Positions 1 through 8,049 of a stretch of 48,750 nucleotides of DNA are shown piece after piece. The stretch's first letter is position 1; the number at the start of each line of letters is the position of its first letter. The DNA lies in assembly GCA_035476275.1 (NCBI GenBank), contig DATILR010000470.1, positions 1-48,750 on the forward strand, in the 5' to 3' direction. Source of the stretch: Candidatus Binatus sp. (GTDB lineage: Bacteria > Desulfobacterota > Binatia > DP-6). The notes beneath the pieces were generated by a model that had not been told where the DNA came from, did no database searches, and saw only the letters and a program-made list of their open reading frames with translations. The position numbers and the translations under genes were made by a program.

Positions 1-141
1 AGAGGGCCTGCTCAAGGGCGACCTCCAGAACATCATGGGCGGGCTGCCGATGGCGAGCGGCGCCGACTCGCAGACGATCGACCAGCAGACGGCGACCGGC
101 GTCTCGATCATCACGACGATCGCGCAGCGGATCATCCAGTC
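1..141. repeat. Terminal overlap copy 1 (identical to 48610-48750)
   Basis: Base-by-base comparison of both window ends; the overlap lies inside the portal reading frame. Confidence 0.95.
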
Positions 142-706
142 CCGCAAGCAGCACTACCTGTGGGCGTACTCGAAGCTCGGCAAGCACTTCCTCCTCCTCT
201 ACCAGCAGTTCCTCCGCGACGACCGCGTCGTGCGCGTGCTCGGGATGTCGGGCGCGCAGGCCTACCGCAAGATCACCCCGCTCGACATCCAGGGCGACTT
301 CGAGGTGATGATCGACGTCACCTCCGACTCGCTGATGCGGCAGGAGCGCCGCGCCGAGGCGCAGGGTCTGTTCCAGATGGCGGTGCAGGCGCAGCAGGTG
401 ATGGCCGTCTCGGGCACCCCGCTCAACCTCAGAGCATTCATGGAGAAGCTGCTCGACTCCTACGACGTCCCGGACAAGGAGCGCTTTTTCATGCCGGCGC
501 AGGTGGGCGCGCAGACCATGGGTCAGATGCCGGGACAGCTACCGCAGCCCAGCGCAGTCCCGCAGAACGGCGGCGGCGGCGGCGTCACAAACCCCGCCCT
601 CGCTGCGGGGCCGACCGCGCCCTCGAATCCGAACTCGCTCAGCCCGGTGAGCGACATGTCGCAGATGCTGGCGATGCAGGGAGGCGCGGCGAATGCTCAA
701 ACGTAA
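2..706 (+). CDS. Portal protein, C-terminal part (continuation of 47399..48750 across the circular junction)
   Basis: Same frame as the open frame at the window 3' end. Gly/Pro/Gln-rich disordered tail. Sits downstream of TerL. Confidence 0.85.
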   Translation, partial: EGLLKGDLQNIMGGLPMASGADSQTIDQQTATGVSIITTIAQRIIQSRKQHYLWAYSKLGKHFLLLYQQFLRDDRVVRVLGMSGAQAYRKITPLDIQGDFEVMIDVTSDSLMRQERRAEAQGLFQMAVQAQQVMAVSGTPLNLRAFMEKLLDSYDVPDKERFFMPAQVGAQTMGQMPGQLPQPSAVPQNGGGGGVTNPALAAGPTAPSNPNSLSPVSDMSQMLAMQGGAANAQT

Positions 707-989
707 GTACACCGAGGAGGAGCGGCGCAAGCTGCTCACCACACAGGGCGACCTCTCCGCGCTCGCCACTCACCCCGCCTGGCCCACTTTCGAGGCGCGG
801 ATCGAGGAGAAGCGCGAGACGATCGAGAAGCATGTGCTCTCGCTGGCGCTCACCGGCCGCGGCGAGCTAAACACGCATTCCATCGAATACTGGCGCGGCT
901 TCCTGCAAGGGATGGCCTGGCTGGCCGCCGTGCCGGCCGGCGCCGAGCAGCGCCTTGAGAGCCTCCTGAAGGAGAAGGGAGTAGCGTGA
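693..989 (+). CDS. Hypothetical head-module protein (98 aa)
   Basis: ATG preceded by GGGAGG; overlaps the portal stop by 14 nt; G/C-ending codons; no recognisable motif. Confidence 0.65.
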   Translation: MLKRKYTEEERRKLLTTQGDLSALATHPAWPTFEARIEEKRETIEKHVLSLALTGRGELNTHSIEYWRGFLQGMAWLAAVPAGAEQRLESLLKEKGVA

Positions 990-2053
990 ACACCGAGGAA
1001 GTGACGCGGCAGATCATGTCGGCCTGGGACGAGGTGCAGGACGAGGAGGACGCCGCGGTCGAGAACGACGAGCGCGAGCTACCGGACGATCAGGACGACC
1101 AGGCCGAAGAAGAGCAGGAGGGCGCCGAGGACGGCGAGCAGGAAGCGGAACAGGAAGAGGTCGCGCCCGGAGACGCCGACGGCGACGAAGAGGCTGCCGC
1201 CGAGGAAGAGGAGGGCGAGGAGGAGGAAGAGCAAGAAGTCCAGGCTCAGTTCGAGGACCCCGAGGTTCAGGCCTTCCTGGCGAAGTATGGCGGCGACGTC
1301 GAGCGGGCGCTCAAGGCCGAGGCGCACCAGCAGCGCATCATCGGGCAACTGGGCAGCGACAAGCAGTACCTGAGCCGGCGCGTCCAGGAGCTTGAAGCCG
1401 AGCTAGCCCAGCAGAGCGCGCTCTCGGGCATGGGCGTCTCGCTCGACTCCGATCAGGCCGCCTGGGTCGAGGAGGCGGTCGAGTCGGGCAACCCGCAGAT
1501 GTACGTGCAGAACGCGCTGCGGGTGGGCGAGTTCGATCTGGCGCGCGCCGTGTGCGACGCCTGGGCGCAGGAGCAGCCCTACCAGGCGATCCAGGCCCGG
1601 CAACTGGTCGACCACGCGCACCAGCGAGCCTTTCACGCAGCGCAGGAGGCGGAAGGGGCGAACGGGGCGGTTGCGCTCCCGACCGAGACGATCCTGGGCG
1701 TGCTCGTGAACCACTACCCCGACATGCCCCGCTACGAGCAGCAGATGATCACGACGATGGGGAACCTCGGCCCCGAGCATCCGCTCGTGGAGCAGGCTCA
1801 CTCCTCCGACCCGGAGGTTCAGGCCTACGCCATCCTCGGGATCTACGAGATCGCGCGTGCGCAGACCGCGACGGTCACTTCGAGCCGCGACGCCGTGAAG
1901 GCGCAGCGTCGCGAGGAAGCGGCTGGCGCGAAGCGACGCGCAAAGGTATCGTCCTCACAGGCAACACCGTCTCCCGGCGAGACACCCCGGCCCCGTCGTC
2001 TGGGTCCGGGCCTTACCCTGGAGCAGCTGGACGCCGAGTGGGAACGAGAGTAA
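986..2053 (+). CDS. Putative scaffolding protein (355 aa)
   Basis: GTG in a GTGA overlap with the upstream stop. The N-terminal ~90 aa are almost pure Asp/Glu and the rest looks helical. Lies between the portal and the major capsid gene. Confidence 0.6.
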   Translation: MNTEEVTRQIMSAWDEVQDEEDAAVENDERELPDDQDDQAEEEQEGAEDGEQEAEQEEVAPGDADGDEEAAAEEEEGEEEEEQEVQAQFEDPEVQAFLAKYGGDVERALKAEAHQQRIIGQLGSDKQYLSRRVQELEAELAQQSALSGMGVSLDSDQAAWVEEAVESGNPQMYVQNALRVGEFDLARAVCDAWAQEQPYQAIQARQLVDHAHQRAFHAAQEAEGANGAVALPTETILGVLVNHYPDMPRYEQQMITTMGNLGPEHPLVEQAHSSDPEVQAYAILGIYEIARAQTATVTSSRDAVKAQRREEAAGAKRRAKVSSSQATPSPGETPRPRRLGPGLTLEQLDAEWERE

Positions 2054-2140
2054 GGCCACAGTAGGCCGCCCCCTCGCGTAGGGATACGCCGCCTCCCAGG
2101 CCGAAGGGATTCACACCTTCGAGCACCCCTGGAGGGGCAC

Positions 2141-3364
2141 ATGGCTGGAACCATTGTTTCGACGCCGCCGGGCGTCGGCGTCAGCACGGAAGACGTGCTG
2201 TCGGACGAGCGGGTCATCGACATGGACGACAAGATCCGTGTCCTCAAGCCCGACGACACGCAGTTCACGACGATGACCGACCGGGTCGGCGCACGCCAGG
2301 CGATCCGGGAGAAGGTCAACTGGCTGGAGGAAGAGGACTTCCCGCGGATCGTCTCCGCGGCTGCCGGGCAGACAGCTAGCTCCGGGGCACTCACCCTCAC
2401 GGCCGGCCAGGGCAAGGTCGTCGGTCCCAACGACATGCTCCGCAACATGCGCTCGGGCGAGATGAGCCGGGTGCTGACGGTGACCACGGACGCGCTCACG
2501 GTCGCCAACGGCGTCGGCAACATCGCTGCCGCCGCGGTGAACTCGGGCGACGTGTTCCTCGTCGTTGCCGACGCGCAGCCGCAGGGATCCGACCTCCCCA
2601 ACCCGCGCTACCTGCAGCGCGTGCTGGGCTACAACTACACGCAAATCACCCGCACAGTCTGGACGTTCACGGGTACGCAGACCGCGATCGAACTCTACGG
2701 CGGGCGCGAGCCGGCCAAGGAGGCGAAGCGGAAGGCCCGGGAGCACAAGAAGAAGTGGGAGGCGATCCTGTTCTTCGGCGCCCGTTCGTTCGCCGCCAAC
2801 TCGGGCGCAGCCCCGGGCAACGGCGAGCCGCAGGGCACCTGCGGCGGGATGCTGGAGTACATCTCCACGTTCAAGCGGGACGCCGCCGGTCCGCTCACGC
2901 CGGACTTCTTCGACCTGTTCCTGCTCGACATCATGCAGTACGGCTCGGAGGACAAGGTGCTGTTCGCCTCGCCGCTCGTGGCGTACGGGATGGCGAAGTG
3001 GAACCGCACCGGCATGGGGTCGCAGTTCATCGCCCCGGCCGACGGCACCGTTCACGGCGTGCATGTCGACGCCTTCATCTCGGGCGCCTACGGCTACCGG
3101 ATCCCGGTGGTCGTGAAGAAGGAATGGGGCGAGTTCCCCTCGAACGTCAGCACTCCCGCCGTGCCGAAGGGGTTCGGCTCCTACGCGTTCCTGATCGACA
3201 TGAACTACGTCGAGCAGCGTCCGCTCCGCGATCGCGACACGAAGCTCCTGACCGAGCAGCAGCCGAAGGGGAGAGACACCTACTCGGCTGAGTACATGCG
3301 CGAAGCCAGCTTCGAGTGCGCTCACGAGCGCGCGCACGGGATCATCTTCGGCGTGACGCAGTAG
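2141..3364 (+). CDS. Major capsid protein (407 aa)
   Basis: ATG after GGAGGGG. Position after the scaffold gene. The KVNWLEEEDFPR-type motif and length recall N4-gp56/SU10-type capsid proteins. Followed by a strong hairpin terminator. Confidence 0.8.
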   Translation: MAGTIVSTPPGVGVSTEDVLSDERVIDMDDKIRVLKPDDTQFTTMTDRVGARQAIREKVNWLEEEDFPRIVSAAAGQTASSGALTLTAGQGKVVGPNDMLRNMRSGEMSRVLTVTTDALTVANGVGNIAAAAVNSGDVFLVVADAQPQGSDLPNPRYLQRVLGYNYTQITRTVWTFTGTQTAIELYGGREPAKEAKRKAREHKKKWEAILFFGARSFAANSGAAPGNGEPQGTCGGMLEYISTFKRDAAGPLTPDFFDLFLLDIMQYGSEDKVLFASPLVAYGMAKWNRTGMGSQFIAPADGTVHGVHVDAFISGAYGYRIPVVVKKEWGEFPSNVSTPAVPKGFGSYAFLIDMNYVEQRPLRDRDTKLLTEQQPKGRDTYSAEYMREASFECAHERAHGIIFGVTQ

Positions 3365-3388
3365 GTCTGGGCGCTACCGCCTAGCAAG

Positions 3389-3417
3389 CGAGGGGGCCGC
3401 TTACCACGGCCCCCTCG
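3389..3417 (+). terminator. Stem-loop terminator after the capsid gene
   Basis: cgagggggcc / ggccccctcg form a perfect 10-bp stem with a 9-nt loop, 25 nt after the MCP stop. There is no U-tract. Confidence 0.55.
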
Positions 3418-3434
3418 GTGTCTCTGGAGGTCAC

Positions 3435-3995
3435 ATGCGATTCATCTCCCCCTGGGGCGAGTACGCCCTGCAATGCCGGCCGCAGGTCATGGTGGCGCTC
3501 GGCGCCGGCCTGGCCGAGGAGAGGCAGGCACCCCTCTATGCCAGGTTCAAGCCCGGCGGCTTGCTCCCGCACGAGCGCGAGCTTGCGTTCCACCAGTGGT
3601 CGTGGAACGGCCAGGCGCAGGAGGCGGACGAGGCGACCCCGTACCCGCCCGACTATCGGATCGGCGTGTTCGATTCCGAGCAGGCGAAGGTCGCGAGTAA
3701 CTGGACGGACGAGGAGCACGACTTCGTGGTCGAGAAGCTGCGCAAGCGGGCGACCGAGACGAACGATCTCCTCGAAGTCCCGGCAACGCTGAAGGCTCCG
3801 CCCTGGCCGCGCTACGACGAGTACCGGGGCACGCCCGCGGCGCTCGTGCGCAAGCTCGTGGACGAGGGCTACAACCTGGACGACGTCCTGGAGTACGAGC
3901 TTCAGGGCCAGAACCGGGACAAGGTCGTGGGCGCCATCACCGCCGCGATCTCGGGCGACGTGTTCGAGGAGCGAGAGGAAGAGGTCGTTGGTTAG
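3435..3995 (+). CDS. Hypothetical virion-module protein (186 aa)
   Basis: ATG after GGAGG; consistent G/C third-position bias; no motif recognised. Confidence 0.7.
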   Translation: MRFISPWGEYALQCRPQVMVALGAGLAEERQAPLYARFKPGGLLPHERELAFHQWSWNGQAQEADEATPYPPDYRIGVFDSEQAKVASNWTDEEHDFVVEKLRKRATETNDLLEVPATLKAPPWPRYDEYRGTPAALVRKLVDEGYNLDDVLEYELQGQNRDKVVGAITAAISGDVFEEREEEVVG

Positions 3996-4338
3996 CCGCT
4001 GGCGCCGGCCGGCCGTCGTCCTCAACATCGAGCAGGCACCCGACCAGGCCATCTGGCTCCCCGACGGTCGCGTCCAGGGTCAGGTGATTCTGAACCTCGC
4101 CTACGAGACGGTGGAGCGGATCCGCTCCGGCTACATGTGCGTGAAGTGCCTGGAGCCGTTCCCGATCGCCTGGCCCAAGCTCTGCCCCGTGTGCGGCTGC
4201 CGCGTGCGTACCGAGCAGGCCGCCTACTTCGCGCGCGAGTTCGGGGGCGAGCAGCACCTCGGCCCCTCGACCTCGATCGATGACGAGGTCGAGCGCATGC
4301 ACGAGGAAGTCGAGCGCGAGCAGAAGGAGAACCCATGA
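3988..4338 (+). CDS. Zinc-ribbon protein (116 aa)
   Basis: TTG start after GAGGAAGAGG (start uncertain). Contains CVKC...CPVCGC, a four-Cys ribbon. Confidence 0.55.
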   Translation: MVSRWRRPAVVLNIEQAPDQAIWLPDGRVQGQVILNLAYETVERIRSGYMCVKCLEPFPIAWPKLCPVCGCRVRTEQAAYFAREFGGEQHLGPSTSIDDEVERMHEEVEREQKENP

Positions 4339-4757
4339 AGCACACCTGGTACGCCTCCTCGGCCGAGGCTCTGCTCGGGGCGTTGTGGCTCGCGAACCCG
4401 ATGAAGATCATGCTGATGCAGCCGTCCTTCGTGCCGAACATCGACACGCAGAAGGTGTACGCGGACATCTCCGCGAGCGAGGTCGCTTCGGGCGGCGGCT
4501 ACGTGACCGGCGGCGCGACGCTCGCCAACAAGACCGCCGTCTACAACGCCGCCGCTGATCGCACCGACTACTACGCGGACGACCCCGTGTGGGGGCCGGG
4601 CGCCACCTTCAACGCCGGCTTCGCGGTCGTCTACGACTCCTCCGGCACCAAGCCGCTCTGGAGCATGGTCGACTTCGAGGGCACGAAGAGCGTCTCCGCG
4701 GGAACCTTCACGCTTGACTTTCCGACCCTCGGCTTCCTCTACACGATCCTGGTGTAA
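4335..4757 (+). CDS. Hypothetical virion-module protein (140 aa)
   Basis: ATGA overlap with the upstream stop; coding-type codon bias. Confidence 0.7.
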   Translation: MKHTWYASSAEALLGALWLANPMKIMLMQPSFVPNIDTQKVYADISASEVASGGGYVTGGATLANKTAVYNAAADRTDYYADDPVWGPGATFNAGFAVVYDSSGTKPLWSMVDFEGTKSVSAGTFTLDFPTLGFLYTILV

Positions 4758-4760
4758 CCC

Positions 4761-5279
4761 GTGACGACCTGCACGCCTCCGCAGCGGGCGGTCGTCCACC
4801 AGTTCACCTGCGGGCAGGTCAACGTCGGGCAGGGCCAGACCGACGCGACCTGTGGCGTCGCGATCTGCGGCTGGACGACGATTGCGCGCTGGTACGAGTA
4901 CGTCTGCCAGACCGGCCTGGGCCTGAGCGGTCAGCTACCGACGGTCACGATCTTTGTCGACCCGAGCCAGATCCCCCAGGGTGTCCTTGGCCTTGGACCA
5001 CAGGTCCCCACGGTCAGGATCAGCCCCGACCCGCTCGTCGTTCCAACGGCGGGGCTGGCGCTCACCGGGCGCCTCCCGGCCCTGGTCGCTAACACGAAGC
5101 TCACCGCGACGCAGGCGGGCATGGGTCTGGGCACGGACATCCCGGTCTTTGTCGGCCAGGAGTGGCTGAACGACAGCGTCTGCGCCGACCTGCCCCTCGT
5201 GGCTGCCGGTCAGACCGACCTCGTGCTCGCACCCGCGGGCGCGAGCGACCTCGTCCTCGATCCCTCGGAGTGTGGCTGA
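4761..5279 (+). CDS. Hypothetical virion-module protein (172 aa)
   Basis: GTG 3 nt after the upstream TAA; Cys-containing N-terminus; Pro/Leu/Gly-rich repeats. Confidence 0.6.
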   Translation: MTTCTPPQRAVVHQFTCGQVNVGQGQTDATCGVAICGWTTIARWYEYVCQTGLGLSGQLPTVTIFVDPSQIPQGVLGLGPQVPTVRISPDPLVVPTAGLALTGRLPALVANTKLTATQAGMGLGTDIPVFVGQEWLNDSVCADLPLVAAGQTDLVLAPAGASDLVLDPSECG

Positions 5280-6067
5280 TGGCCTACACGCGCCAGACCT
5301 GGACGGACGACCTGACGCTCGTGGACGCCGCCCACATGTCCCACATCGAGGACGGCATCTTCAACGCAGACGCTGCTGCTGCGACCGCGCAGGCGGGCCT
5401 GCCTCCCGCGGTCGTAAACGGCCAGTGGTTGAAGGGCGTGGGCGGCGCGATGCAGTGGCAGCCGATTGCGGTCGGCGACCTCGCGTTCGCCGGTCAGCCC
5501 AACGGCGTCGCCACGCTGGACGGTACAGGGCAGGTCCCCTCGGCGCAGCTGCGAATACCCACCATCACGAAGATCGCGGACATCACGCTCGGCTCTGCCG
5601 CTGCGACGATCGACTTCACCTCCATCGCCGCGACCTACGCGCACCTGCGACTGGAGTGGATGTTGCGTGGTGACACCGCCGCCGCTAGCACCGCGCTCTA
5701 CGTCCGCTTCAACAACGACTCGGGTGCCAACTACTGCACCGAGGTTTTGACCGCGAGCGTCACGACCGCTGGTGCCCAGGAGTTGGCGAGCCAGAACCAG
5801 ATCCAGATCGGCAGCATCGCCGCCGCAACGGCACCTGCGAACTGGGCGACAGCCGGGGACATGGACATTCCCCTGTACGCGGGCGGGTGGATGAAGCACG
5901 TCCTCGTGCGGGGCGGCTACGCGGTAGGGATCACCACCACCAGCCTTCAGCCCCGCTGGGGTGCCGCTGTCTGGGCGAGCACGGCGGCGATCAACCGCAT
6001 CACGGTCCTCGCTGCGGCGGGGAACCTCGTCGCGGGTTCGCGCGTCACCCTGTACGGCCTGAACTAG
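5279..6067 (+). CDS. Tail-fibre-like protein, paralog A (262 aa)
   Basis: ATG in a TGATG overlap. The N-terminal Y-x-R-x-x-W-x-D...HMSHIEDGI motif is typical of phage fibre N-termini. Paralogous over its full length to 42885..43664, with the same AGSRVTLYGLN end. Confidence 0.7.
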   Translation: MAYTRQTWTDDLTLVDAAHMSHIEDGIFNADAAAATAQAGLPPAVVNGQWLKGVGGAMQWQPIAVGDLAFAGQPNGVATLDGTGQVPSAQLRIPTITKIADITLGSAAATIDFTSIAATYAHLRLEWMLRGDTAAASTALYVRFNNDSGANYCTEVLTASVTTAGAQELASQNQIQIGSIAAATAPANWATAGDMDIPLYAGGWMKHVLVRGGYAVGITTTSLQPRWGAAVWASTAAINRITVLAAAGNLVAGSRVTLYGLN

Positions 6068-6089
6068 TCCACAACGCAAGGAGGAACAC

Positions 6090-6386
6090 ATGGCTGGCAA
6101 GACCACCAAGGACGAGCCGAAGCTCAAGCTTCCGGCTGGACACCCGCAGGCGGGGTACGTCGGTCCCGACCTCTCGCTCCAGGACGGCGTGGGGACACTC
6201 CCCGACGACGCTCAGAAGGAGATCGATGAGGCGAACGCCGACCGCGAGGACGAGGTGGCCGCGGTCGAGGACGCCGAGCACAAGGCCGCCAAGCAGGCGC
6301 AGGAGGAGTTCCTGAAGGCGCAGGAGGGCAAGGAGGCGAGCGCCTCGTCCTCGTCGTCCAGCACGTCCAGCAAGTCCTCGGCGTAG
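6090..6386 (+). CDS. Small disordered acidic/Ser-rich protein (98 aa)
   Basis: ATG after AAGGAGG; low-complexity Glu/Ala region followed by a poly-Ser tail. Confidence 0.6.
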   Translation: MAGKTTKDEPKLKLPAGHPQAGYVGPDLSLQDGVGTLPDDAQKEIDEANADREDEVAAVEDAEHKAAKQAQEEFLKAQEGKEASASSSSSSTSSKSSA

Positions 6387-6404
6387 CTCCTACTACGTCC
6401 GAGC

Positions 6405-6465
6405 GGGCGCGGCCCGAGCAGACCTCGTACTGGCCCCGAGGTTCCCTGTTGCTTGGGCCGCGCCC
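6405..6465 (+). promoter_or_regulatory. Compound RNA stem-loop (terminator or attenuator candidate)
   Basis: gggcgcggccc (6405-6415) pairs perfectly with gggccgcgccc (6455-6465). This stem encloses an inner 6-bp hairpin, acctcg/cgaggt. Confidence 0.45.
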
Positions 6466-6481
6466 TGATCTAGGAGGTCGA

Positions 6482-7408
6482 ATGTCTGAGTGGTACCAGC
6501 AGGCCTACCGCGGTGGTGGTCCCGTCAAGGCAACGTTCCCGCGCTCGCTCTATCCGCCTGACGCGAGCGAGTATGGGAAGAAGCCGTCGGTCGACGGTCC
6601 CGACGTGGTCGCCTACAAGCGGGCGCTGTGCCGGGGCGGGCGCTGGGGCGACTGGGACCCGGACGCCTGGGACGACTCGTACTCGAACGGCTTCGCGCAC
6701 GGCAAGAGCGGCAACGTCAAAGACTCGGGCCTGGCCGGGTTCCAGCGCCAGCAGCATCTGGACGCGACCGGCTGGCTGGGGAAGAAGACGTTCGACAACC
6801 TCCGCTACGCGCTGATCTCAGACCCCGACGCGCAGCACTACGGGGACCCGCTTTTCGACAGCGTCTGCGTCGACCTTCTGGAGGAGGCGTACGAGATGTT
6901 CGAGGGACACGAGCCGAGCGACGGCGGTGGGACACTGCGGGAGGCGGCGCTCGGACGCGCAATCGGCGAGATCGGGAACGCCGAGTCGCCATCCGGCTCG
7001 AACAACCAGAAGTACGGATCCTGGTACGGGATGAACGGCGTCCCCTGGTGCGCAATTTTCTGCACGTGGGCGTACGAGAACGAGGGCGACTCCCCCGCGT
7101 TCGTGAAGGGCAGCCGTTACAGCTACGTGCCCTACATCGTCGCGGATGCGTACGCCGGTCGTTACGGCCTTAGCGTTACGGACGATCCCATCCCCGGCGA
7201 CCTCGTCTGTTACGACTGGGCGTGGGACACGATCTACGACCACGTCGGGATGTTCGAGGCGTGGCAGCCGGGATCCGGCACGAGCTTCACCGCCGTCGAA
7301 GGCAACACCTCCACGAGCAACAACTCGAACGGCGGTCAGGTGATGCGCCGCACCCGTAACCGCGGCGCTCAGGGCACCGTGTTCGTTCGAGTGAAGGAGC
7401 CTGCGTGA
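6482..7408 (+). CDS. Peptidoglycan hydrolase: PG-binding domain plus CHAP-type amidase/peptidase (308 aa)
   Basis: ATG after TAGGAGG. A PG_binding_1-like segment (VVAYKRAL...GFQRQQHLDATGWLGKKTF) is followed by CHAP-like motifs (VPWCAIFCTWAY, GDLVCYDW...DHVGMF, EGNTS). Confidence 0.75.
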   Translation: MSEWYQQAYRGGGPVKATFPRSLYPPDASEYGKKPSVDGPDVVAYKRALCRGGRWGDWDPDAWDDSYSNGFAHGKSGNVKDSGLAGFQRQQHLDATGWLGKKTFDNLRYALISDPDAQHYGDPLFDSVCVDLLEEAYEMFEGHEPSDGGGTLREAALGRAIGEIGNAESPSGSNNQKYGSWYGMNGVPWCAIFCTWAYENEGDSPAFVKGSRYSYVPYIVADAYAGRYGLSVTDDPIPGDLVCYDWAWDTIYDHVGMFEAWQPGSGTSFTAVEGNTSTSNNSNGGQVMRRTRNRGAQGTVFVRVKEPA

Positions 7409-8049
7409 CCAAGAAGCAGATGCAGGACGAGATCCGCTACACGCTGGGGCTGCAGGACATCTCCGCCTTCGACGAGACGGCCTTCATCCCGGTCAAGCTA
7501 CAGCAGGGGACGATCGACTTGCTGTCCCGGACGAAGTGCGTCGTGCGCTGCGTCAACCTGCGCACCACGGCGGGCGAGGACACGTACATCCTCGACAGCG
7601 CCGTGCTGGGGCTGGTGGATCTCAGCGATCTCCCGAAGGCGCGACGCGATCAGACGAGCTACGCGCCCTCGTTCACGCTGATCCGCTCCGACGTGCTCCG
7701 GCTTGAGCCTGCTCCCGATACGGCGGGGAGCGTGCAGGTCTGGGCCGTGCTCCGTCCGGGCCTGATGGCGGTCGACACCGATTCGCCCGGCGACGAGGCG
7801 TTCGGCGCCATCCCCGACGAGTACCAGGACGCGATCGTCACCTACGCGCTCTGGAAGCTCGCCGACTACGGCGACGATTCAAGCTCGCAGAACGGCGAGC
7901 GCTACCGCCAGATGTACGAGGGTCAGGACGGGCGCGGCGGCCGGATCCTGCAGATCCGCCAGAGCGTCAACAGGCGCGGCACCGCCAAGGGGCCGCAGCG
8001 CCGCGTGCGTCTGCCCGGTCTTCTCGACAAGGCTTCCTGGGTGGGCTGA
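7405..8049 (+). CDS. Putative head-tail adaptor (214 aa)
   Basis: GTGA overlap with the upstream gene. The call rests on size and position (before a ~500-aa tail protein, as with P22 gp4/gp10); no diagnostic motif. Confidence 0.4.
   Translation: MTKKQMQDEIRYTLGLQDISAFDETAFIPVKLQQGTIDLLSRTKCVVRCVNLRTTAGEDTYILDSAVLGLVDLSDLPKARRDQTSYAPSFTLIRSDVLRLEPAPDTAGSVQVWAVLRPGLMAVDTDSPGDEAFGAIPDEYQDAIVTYALWKLADYGDDSSSQNGERYRQMYEGQDGRGGRILQIRQSVNRRGTAKGPQRRVRLPGLLDKASWVG

Noticed and set aside
1080-1245. GAG/GAA/GAC-rich tract that looks like a tandem repeat.
   Set aside because: It is the in-frame poly-acidic N-terminus of the scaffold-like protein. There is no regular repeat unit or spacer structure, so it is neither a CRISPR array nor a satellite.
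5279-6067. Diversity-generating retroelement acting on the duplicated fibre genes.
   Set aside because: No reverse transcriptase is present, no template/variable repeat pair with adenine-specific differences was seen, and the shared DNA is limited to the conserved 3' end.
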